DNA from: an uncultured Clostridium sp.
Lineage (GTDB): Bacteria; Bacillota; Clostridia; TANB77; CAG-508
Assembly (NCBI GenBank): GCA_946498265.1
Contig: CAMMNR010000002.1
Coordinates: 1-33,703 of the forward strand
Direction: 5' to 3'
Length of the DNA stretch: 33,703 nt
In this document: piece after piece, positions 1-8,700 of the stretch
How the letters are laid out: each line of letters begins with the position of its first letter
Numbering within the stretch: position 1 is the stretch's first letter
Notes under the pieces: model-generated
Seen by the model: only the letters and a program-made list of their open reading frames with translations
Database searches by the model: none
What the model was told of the DNA's origin: nothing
Translations under genes and position numbers: made by a program

Positions 1-152
1 TAGCCGAGTAATTATTAAAATTTATATATAATACTTTTGTTTAATTAATGTAAAAGATTTTCAACAAAATTCCCTTTTTGGACGCGTCCCCAAAATGGTA
101 AAGAAGGTCCGTCCCCCTATCCCGAATTTTAGGGATTAAAGGAACGTCCCCT
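1..152 (-). repeat. Partial copy, cut by the window edge, of the composite GC-rich inverted-repeat element also found at 30002-30267. Arm = 70-152. Core-homologous segment = 1-41.
   Basis: 70-152 (ttccctttttggacgcgtccccaaaatggtaaagaaggtccgtccc...ggaacgtcccct) aligns with 30179-30267 with few differences. The reverse complement of 1-41 matches 30121-30152 (aacaaagtattatatataaatttaataattac) apart from two 1-nt homopolymer indels. The arm ends 3 nt from the TAG stop (156-158) of the 1845-aa gene. Confidence 0.8.
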
Positions 153-155
153 CCT

Positions 156-3100
156 CTATTTTAGAACATATTTTTTTATTATTATTACTCCAGATGCCAA
201 TATTCCTAATGAACATATTCCAATTATAAAATATGGTATATAGTAGTAATCTACACCTGTTGGTGGAATCACTGTAAAATGTTCTGCTTCATCATTATCT
301 GGCTCATATGTTGTACTATTTCCTGGTACATAATTTCCAGGTGTTGTTATTATTACAGAACCATATGTTTTTCCAACTTCTATAATTTCTGCAAAGTTTT
401 CATAGTCTATATCACGGTTTGTTGATAAATTTACATATGTTATTATTTCTGTTGTTGCTGATTGTCCTGCTGATATTTCAACTGCTGCTGTTCCGTTTTC
501 TGTAGGAGTTTCTGTTGGAGATTCTTCCGATGTTTGTCCCTCCTGTTTTACTGGATCTGTTATTGGAGTTATTACTACGTTATTTGTATCATTAAGTTGT
601 GTCTGTAATTCTTCTGTTAGATATCCATTTCTTATTAAATCTTCTTTGTCTTGCTTTTCTTGAATTTGACAATTTGAGTTGTTTTCTTCGCTGACTAGTA
701 AATCATTGTCTATATAATCAATTACTTGTTTTGCTGCTAGTTTTGCACTATATTCATCATCTATTCCTGTATCTCCATACCAATAATATTCTCTTGTACA
801 ATAATCACGTTCTGATAAGTTATTAGCTTTAAGTTCATATGTTATTATTGTTTCTACATCTTGTGAAATTTCGTCATTAATCTGTACTAATACCTGTTTT
901 ATATTCTGATCATTTTCTTCTTTTGGTATATATTGGATATATTTAGGTTGTCCTATTATATTTCCATTTTCGTCGATTTCAGCATCAATTAATGTAACAT
1001 CATTTGATAATTTCATTTCAACATGTTTTATTCTCTTTTTAAGTTCTAATATTTGTTTTGGCCTTTCGATTATACCGAAATCAACATAATTTATACTATA
1101 TCCTTGACTTATTGTTCCTTCGTCTGTTGGTCCAGTAATTTGTTCTTCTGTATCTTCTAAAGTTATTTCCATAAGACGTGTATTTGATTGCATTTCTAAA
1201 GTTTTAATTTGTTTACCAGAGTAATCTTCATTTATTGTTTGATTAAATTCTTGTTTTGTTTCATATGTTATATTTGATGTTTCATCATCTATTTTTTCTC
1301 TTATATCCCAATCATCTAGAGCATCTGTATATCTTGTGTCTTCGTCAACTTTATACCAATGTGTATTTGTTTGAACTCTAGTACTGTCATATACTGTTCC
1401 TTTATAATTTTGAACTGTTGTATATATTTTTTCTCCTTCAGGTGTTTCATAAAATGTGTTATTGCCCCATGTATATTTTATAATATAATCTCCTGGTATA
1501 TATCCTGAAATAGAATAATTTCCATTTTCATCTGTTATAGCTTCTTGATCTTGTCTTACATTATTCTGTTCTATTAAAGTTACTTTAACTTCTTGTACTT
1601 CTTCTTCTCCAGGTTCATAAATTCCTGAACCTATTCTTTGATTGTCTTCTAATTTTTCTTCCATCGCATTATCTATAAATACCATTCCTGATACTGTTCT
1701 CTCTTTATGATTATTTTCTATTTTGAATGATGGGGCTCTATCTGTATCATCTTCATATGTTGAGATATTTCCTGGTACTGCATTTCCTGGCTTTGAGTCT
1801 ACATCCACACCTGCTATCATTGTATTTCCATCTGCTTCAAATGTTGAATATGAATTTATTTCTGCTACGTTTTCTAGTAAGTTTTCATTACCTTCTGTTT
1901 CTGCTACTACTTCAATTGCCTGTCTAGTTAATTTAAATTGTACATATATATAAGTTTCTGATTGTGCATCAAGTTTTAGATTAGTTTCAATAGTCGCTTT
2001 ATGATAATTATTATTATAACCTTGAGTATTTACATTAAATGATTCATTTACTGTTCCATCATCATTCATTGCATTTCCAGCTATTACATATTCTAGCTCA
2101 TATCTGCTATCATAATAATCTACTATTGAATTTACTTGTGATGTAAGATTTGTTGATTGATTTTTTAAAGTTATTTTATAAGTTAAATAAGCTTTTAATT
2201 CCCTATCATCTTTATTGTTTTCATAAGTAAACGTATAATCTGATTTATATACAGGTCTTGTATATGTATATGCTAAATATTTCTGCCCAAATTTTACTCC
2301 TAAATCTTCTGCTGCATCTGATAGGTCTTCTGTTTCATCTATATCTCCGAATAAGTCATCTCCTTGTTCTTGTGCATAAGACATTTTAGTTTCGTAATTA
2401 TATGTATGTGCTTTTCCATTTATTTCTAATCTAACCTTTGCTAAATCCTTTACAAGTGCTAAATCTGGTTGATCTTTTATTAGAATACCAAAATTAACAT
2501 TCTGAATTTCATTATATAATGGATTATATCCACTTTTTAAGCTATATATTCCACTTGTTGAAGCTGTTACATTATATTTTCCACTATTATCATAAACATC
2601 TCCATTATATTTTATTATACTCTGGTAATTTGCACTATCATATTCTACATCTGACATATTATCAACAGTACTATATTTTTGGTTTAAACTATTTCTTGAT
2701 TCTTCTATATCTTCTGCCTTTGAGCCTCTATCTTCACCTATATTTGATGCTATAGCTTGATATTTCATACCATTATATTCAAATTCTACGATATATTCAT
2801 CTAAATATTGTGTTTCTATTTTTAAATTATCTCTATCACCCCAGAATTTGTATTCTCCTTCTTGTAGAGTATTTCCTTTACTGTCTTTTCCAGATTCTAT
2901 AGTATCTATAACAGTTCCATTTCTTTTTAATGTTACTTTTACACCATTTACTCCTTCACCATCTGTATACAATCCATCGCCCTGCCATTTTTTTCCTGCT
3001 TGCTCGTCTATAAATACTATACCTTGTATATCTACATATGTCCTTTCATTTTCTACAATTTGTTCTGCACTATCGTTTTTTACTTTTCCTCCTTCTACTT

Positions 3101-5693
3101 CATAACCTGTTCCTATTTCTTTTTCACTAACATCTGTATTACCAATACGAACATTAAAGTATGGGTTTTCGCTTCCTATTTCATATAAAGTATATGTTCC
3201 TGGTTCTGTGATACTAGAATCATCTAATGTTATTCTTATTAATCCATCTTCTTCAGTAACACCAGTTCCTACATACTCTCTTTTTGATCTCTGCCAATAA
3301 TTATAATATTTTTTCCATTCTTCCCATTCTTTATGATCTTTATTATATTGAGCTGTACGATGTCTTCTTTCACTTCTATTTTCTGTTGTGTAATAAATAT
3401 TTCCTTCTTCATCTACATGTGGTACTTGCACTGTATAATGATATGTATAATAGTAATCACTATATTGAGGTTCTTCCTTATATTTAGTATATTCCTTTTC
3501 TTTTGGATTCCAATTTTTTACACCAAATTCCATACCTGGTAATGGGGTATTTCCAGTATCTTTAATTACTTTTATTATTCCATCTCCAGTTGATGGCTGT
3601 TGTTTTCTAACATTTTCAAATATTACTTCCTGTTTTTCTTCCTCTCCTGATAATATAATCACTTTTTGCACACCTGCTGTTGACAATTCATATCCTGGTG
3701 GTGCTTCTGTTTCTTTTATATAATATGTACCTGGTTCTAGTCCACTGACTGTTATGGTACCAGTTGAACTTGTAGTTCCTGAAGCCACTACATCTGTACA
3801 TTCAACATCTGTACATACTATGAATTTCGCATCTGCTAAACCTATAGTTGTACCTGCTGCATATTTCTTAATAATTAGACCTGCTGAATCTGAAACATTA
3901 TATACAACTCTTACATTTGCTTGTTTGTCCCATTGTTTCCAATAACTTTCTTGCAGTGAAGCTGGCATATTTACAATTGTCTGACCTGTTTTTTCTCTCA
4001 TTCTTCGATAAATTCTATTTAGTTTTTGTTTAACACCTGCCTCGTCAGTCATATCAACTACGGCATAACCTTTTTCATCTATTAAATATTGTAATACATA
4101 ACTTAATAGATTATATTTATTCGTAAATTTCTTTGCATCTGATGCACCTGGATTACTAGAATCCATTATGGTATTATAATATCCACTTGCTTTCAAGTCA
4201 TTTACTATTGCTTTAACTTCTGTACTATCAGGTGCATAATCCACCGCTGCGATAACATATGCCAAAGTACTTATATAATCTTTTAACTGCTTATTTCCAG
4301 GAAGATTATCATAATATAAGTCACTTCCTAAATATGTTATACTTTTTATTGCATCCCATGTATAATTATATCCCATTTCTACATTAGGAATTGTACCTTC
4401 AATTCTATAACCTTGTGGTGTTTCTTTTTCTATTACTTTGTATGTACCACCTGCATTTAACCCTGTTATTTCTATAAGTCCATCAGCATCTGTAGTAAAT
4501 ACTGTTGCTTCACTTTCATTTTTTGTAAAAGAAATTTTATTTCCATCTTTCTTAATATATGAACCATCATTTGGAGCTCCCACCTTTTGGAAAATAAATT
4601 TTGCTCCCTCTAGTGGTTGGCTTGTATCTCTATCTAGTTTTTGTACTATTAATGTCTCTGTATCTATTGTAAAACTAAATTTTTGATGATGATATATTGT
4701 TTCTCTATATGGATAATATGCCATCAAAGGTTGTAAAGAATTTAGAGATTTAAAAATAATTAAATCTGCACATCTTGCTTGACTTTTGCTGTTTATATAA
4801 ATTGTAACAGATACTTTTCCTGTTATTCCTGACGATACTCTTAAGTAAAATAATTGATTTGGTTTTAAAGTAGAAACACCTTTTGCATTCCCATTAGCAT
4901 CATACACATTTCCTGATGTACTTTCTCCTCCACTCCATTTTACTTGTATCATTCTTTTATTACTACTATTATCTACTTCCATTCCACTAGGAAATTCAAA
5001 CTTAAATGGTCCAATTAATGTCATTGCAGTACCTTCTGAATCTGTTACTTGTCTCTTTTGTACTGTTTTACTGCCTGTAGAATTTACTATCCATTGTCCT
5101 ATTGAATCTGCATATTCTTCAGCTTCCCTTTGTAAAGTTTCATTAAATGGCTTATAATCTCCATTTTTCCATGGGTCTCTTATAGTTCCTATAAAACTAT
5201 CTACATTAAATATTCTTCCTAAAGTTTTGGTGCTTGTAGTTGGTTTTGCTGTTTTCCAATAATACATCTCTCTCCACATATTCATACAAAATGAATCACT
5301 TGCATTAAATCCATATTGTGTTCTTTTAGGATGTCCATTGTTAGATACAGTATATGCTAAAATTCCATTTTGCTTAGAAGGTAGTCCTTCTGTAATATGT
5401 ATAGTTGAACCGTCACTATTACTCGTATTATTATAATGACCAGTAGCAATATTTCCTTCTATATTTATTTTAGCTTGTATACGGTAGGTTCCTCCACCAT
5501 GAATACTTTGAGCATGGTTTAAACATACAATATTTCTATTTGCTGAAAAATCAGTTAAAGTTAGTGTAGATCCAACCCAGCCATATGCATCTGCACTAGT
5601 TTTATAACCATCTGCAAAAGATTTTGTATTCATTATTAAAATTGTTAATAAAAACATTATTATTGCTATTATTATTTTTTTAATTCTACTCAT
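156..5693 (-). CDS. Giant surface protein B2 (1845 aa): signal peptide, N-terminal Cys-containing thioester-domain-like module, three SpaA/Cna-B-type domains, SdrD-B-like and DUF11-like repeats, C-terminal IPPTG + TM helix + KK tail.
   Basis: Uninterrupted 5.5-kb ORF. SD aaggaggt lies 5 nt upstream of the ATG. N-terminus MSRIKKIIIAIIMFLLTILIMNTKSFA|DG looks like a Sec signal. E-box-like YYIKETEAPPGY (3690-3725) and YKVIEKETPQGY. SdrD-B-like VFIDNAMEEKLEDNQRIGSG...GNYSISGYIPGDYIIKY. Paralogous to 10867-14907. Confidence 0.88.
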   Translation of the reverse strand: MSRIKKIIIAIIMFLLTILIMNTKSFADGYKTSADAYGWVGSTLTLTDFSANRNIVCLNHAQSIHGGGTYRIQAKINIEGNIATGHYNNTSNSDGSTIHITEGLPSKQNGILAYTVSNNGHPKRTQYGFNASDSFCMNMWREMYYWKTAKPTTSTKTLGRIFNVDSFIGTIRDPWKNGDYKPFNETLQREAEEYADSIGQWIVNSTGSKTVQKRQVTDSEGTAMTLIGPFKFEFPSGMEVDNSSNKRMIQVKWSGGESTSGNVYDANGNAKGVSTLKPNQLFYLRVSSGITGKVSVTIYINSKSQARCADLIIFKSLNSLQPLMAYYPYRETIYHHQKFSFTIDTETLIVQKLDRDTSQPLEGAKFIFQKVGAPNDGSYIKKDGNKISFTKNESEATVFTTDADGLIEITGLNAGGTYKVIEKETPQGYRIEGTIPNVEMGYNYTWDAIKSITYLGSDLYYDNLPGNKQLKDYISTLAYVIAAVDYAPDSTEVKAIVNDLKASGYYNTIMDSSNPGASDAKKFTNKYNLLSYVLQYLIDEKGYAVVDMTDEAGVKQKLNRIYRRMREKTGQTIVNMPASLQESYWKQWDKQANVRVVYNVSDSAGLIIKKYAAGTTIGLADAKFIVCTDVECTDVVASGTTSSTGTITVSGLEPGTYYIKETEAPPGYELSTAGVQKVIILSGEEEKQEVIFENVRKQQPSTGDGIIKVIKDTGNTPLPGMEFGVKNWNPKEKEYTKYKEEPQYSDYYYTYHYTVQVPHVDEEGNIYYTTENRSERRHRTAQYNKDHKEWEEWKKYYNYWQRSKREYVGTGVTEEDGLIRITLDDSSITEPGTYTLYEIGSENPYFNVRIGNTDVSEKEIGTGYEVEGGKVKNDSAEQIVENERTYVDIQGIVFIDEQAGKKWQGDGLYTDGEGVNGVKVTLKRNGTVIDTIESGKDSKGNTLQEGEYKFWGDRDNLKIETQYLDEYIVEFEYNGMKYQAIASNIGEDRGSKAEDIEESRNSLNQKYSTVDNMSDVEYDSANYQSIIKYNGDVYDNSGKYNVTASTSGIYSLKSGYNPLYNEIQNVNFGILIKDQPDLALVKDLAKVRLEINGKAHTYNYETKMSYAQEQGDDLFGDIDETEDLSDAAEDLGVKFGQKYLAYTYTRPVYKSDYTFTYENNKDDRELKAYLTYKITLKNQSTNLTSQVNSIVDYYDSRYELEYVIAGNAMNDDGTVNESFNVNTQGYNNNYHKATIETNLKLDAQSETYIYVQFKLTRQAIEVVAETEGNENLLENVAEINSYSTFEADGNTMIAGVDVDSKPGNAVPGNISTYEDDTDRAPSFKIENNHKERTVSGMVFIDNAMEEKLEDNQRIGSGIYEPGEEEVQEVKVTLIEQNNVRQDQEAITDENGNYSISGYIPGDYIIKYTWGNNTFYETPEGEKIYTTVQNYKGTVYDSTRVQTNTHWYKVDEDTRYTDALDDWDIREKIDDETSNITYETKQEFNQTINEDYSGKQIKTLEMQSNTRLMEITLEDTEEQITGPTDEGTISQGYSINYVDFGIIERPKQILELKKRIKHVEMKLSNDVTLIDAEIDENGNIIGQPKYIQYIPKEENDQNIKQVLVQINDEISQDVETIITYELKANNLSERDYCTREYYWYGDTGIDDEYSAKLAAKQVIDYIDNDLLVSEENNSNCQIQEKQDKEDLIRNGYLTEELQTQLNDTNNVVITPITDPVKQEGQTSEESPTETPTENGTAAVEISAGQSATTEIITYVNLSTNRDIDYENFAEIIEVGKTYGSVIITTPGNYVPGNSTTYEPDNDEAEHFTVIPPTGVDYYYIPYFIIGICSLGILASGVIIIKKYVLK
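255..269 (-). other. Candidate sortase-type sorting motif IPPTG of B2, followed by a 25-aa hydrophobic stretch and KKYVLK.
   Basis: Reverse complement of acctgttggtggaat = att cca cca aca ggt (I P P T G). Tripartite layout of motif, TM helix and basic tail at the extreme C-terminus. Confidence 0.5.
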
Positions 5694-5707
5694 TTTTACC
5701 TCCTTCC

Positions 5708-8700
5708 TTATTTATTTTTCAAAACTTTTTTATAAATAAAATATATTCCAACTGCTACTATTAACAATGTCACAATTATTAGTAAAATATATGTGTATAC
5801 AGTACCTGTTCTAATACTTAAAATAACATCTGCCATTGCTTGATTATCATCTGTACCAGCATTTTCTGGTATACCTGTTTCATTATAGCTTTGCTCTATT
5901 TTAGCTGTATTACTAATTAAGCCTGTGCTATCTTCTGTCATATTTTTTGTTAAAACTAATGTTAAAACTTTTTCTTGCCCTGGTTGTATTAATTCATTAG
6001 AAATACTTGCATTTGATACTCTTCCATCTTCTAAATTCCAATTTGTATTTAAACTAGAATCAAAATTCAAACCTACTGGTATATCATCAACTATATTTGT
6101 TGCATATCCTGGTACTTCTCCTGTATTTTTAATAGTTAAATGATATTCGATTGTAACTAATGCATTATTTAATTTTTTAGCTTCAAGTTCTACTTTTGCC
6201 ATTGTTGTATTATTAAATTCATATGCTTGTATTCCTGATTGATATTTTACTGTTATTCTATTTACTGTTTTATGTATTTGTAAATTAAATATTTCTAATT
6301 CAACAAATCCTATATTTATATATCTAGTATCTTCTCCATCTACTATTAGAGTATCTGTTACTCCATATACTTTTTGTACTCCATTTACATTTATTTCCTT
6401 AGATATTACCTTTGAAGTTTTTGTATTTTCTACATTTTCTGCTTTATATGTAGTTAATTTATATTTATTAGTATTATAATCAACAACTACTAAATATCTT
6501 CCATTTTTTATTTCATTAAATTGATAAAATCCTAATTCATCTGTTTTAGTTATTATATTTTGTCCTTGAGAATCTTTTACTAGTTCTCCTGTATTTGCAT
6601 CTAATAACATTACATTTATATCTTTCATAATTTCTTCATTTGTGTCTTTTTCGCCGTCTTCGTCGCTGTCTAACCAAGCTGTACCACTAATTGCATATGT
6701 TCCTGTATCTTCTACAGGGTCACCTATATCGTCATCGTCACCTATTTCAATAGCATATATATGTGTAATTGGTCCTAATGTTTCTTCATAGCCACTTGTT
6801 GATACAGTTGCTTGATTCGTTATTTCTGTATAATTTTCTAAATCAAATCTTTGGACTTCTACTTCTATTTCTATAATCATAGTAGCATTTTGTTCTAATG
6901 AAAAACTTCTATCTATACTATTATTCAAATAAGTTTTCAAACCAGATTCATCAGTTGTTGCTTGTTCTACAACTTCTCCATTCATAGTTATTGACAATAG
7001 ATTTAGTTGCTCAGGAATATTATCTAAAAATTGTACATATGCATCTGCTTGTCCGTTATTTTTTATTTCTACTATATATTTGAATATGTCTCCTGCATAT
7101 ACTTTTTCATTTGTATTAGTAGATGTCATTGTAGATTCCATGTCTACAAGTGCCACTGCTGATTGATACAAATTTGAACGACACCATTCTTGAGTATCTG
7201 ATTTTGCAACTGCTGTAACCTTAAATGCACTATCATCTATATCCACTATTTCAGCTGTTAGTTCCAATACTTTCTTCTCATTTGCTTCTAGAGTTCCTAT
7301 ATTAGTTTCTTGATTTCCATCTAAGTAATCATATTGAATAACTTCTTCTCCATCAAATTTCTTTAATATTAATGTATGTATTTGTGTTCCTTCTGGTAAA
7401 TTTAGTCTTATCGTCACATTTTCCTGTGGCTCTGAAGTCATATTTTCTACAATTACATAATAATTTATATAAGCCCCTTCTATAAACTCAATTTCTCTAT
7501 CTGATACTTGTTTTACACTAAGTCTTAAATCCCCTTTTTCTACTGTATTACTAATAGTATTTGATTTTATTGAACTATCTTCATATATAAACTCGACTGT
7601 ATTACTAATTGTAGAACCTTCTGTATCTTGTTTTACTCTTACTTCATATTCTTTTGTAACTGATTCTCCTATAGCTAAAGTATTAATATCATATGTTAAC
7701 TCTGTATCTGCTTTTTCTTCAAAATATATGTCCCCAGTATACTCGTAACCTATTTCTCCTTCATAAGGAATTACATATACAGTATTTTCAGGAATTTTGA
7801 CTTTTGCTGAAATATTTTGTGCTTCTAAATTTCCTGTATTTTTAAATTCTACAATATATTTTATTGTTTCTCCTTCTTTAACTTTATCTCCGTCTTTTAA
7901 TTCATCTTGTCCTACTAGGGCTGTTATATTTGTTTCTATTTGTGCTTTTGGTTCTGTTTCTAATGCTACTACTGTTGATGTTGTTGTTTTTGGTTCCATA
8001 ACAGTTGGTACTTTATAACTTACTTCATATCCTTCATAAGATATTTGACTTGCATTTAAGGAGTCTGGCATTTGCATATAATATGTTGCTATAACCTGTT
8101 GTTCTTGTTCTAATCCATTCATTTGTATTAAATAATTTTTTACTTCAGTTGGATTTTCTATTTGTTCTTTCCATTCATTCTCAGGATTTGTAACATCTGT
8201 TGTTACTTCTTCTTTTTCACTATAATATATCTTTACTTGGTTTGTATCAACACCATTTAATGCAATACTTCCATTTATTCCTACTGGCAAAGTATTTTCT
8301 AATTCTTGATCTCCTATTTTTGCTTTTCCTAATGTAGGAAATCTTCCTAATACATTTACATTTTTTACAGCTGTTGTTTCATTGTTAATAAGACCTAATT
8401 CTACTTTGGTTTGTGTTCCTACCATCTCGTCTTTTATTATTGCTTTTTCTTCTTTTTCTTTTCCACTAGTTTTTATTTGGTATTCTTCTATATTATTTGT
8501 TGTAACAACATTTTCTAATGTACATATTTGTATATCTGTTGAAACATCTAAACTTCTATTTTCATTAGAAACATGCATTTTAACTGGTAATGTTTGGTTT
8601 CCTGCTTCTACTTTCACAGTAATATCTGCTATTATAGATATTATTGCATTTTGTAAATCTCTTTCTTTATGGTTTGTTTGTTCTCCTTCCATTTGAATTT

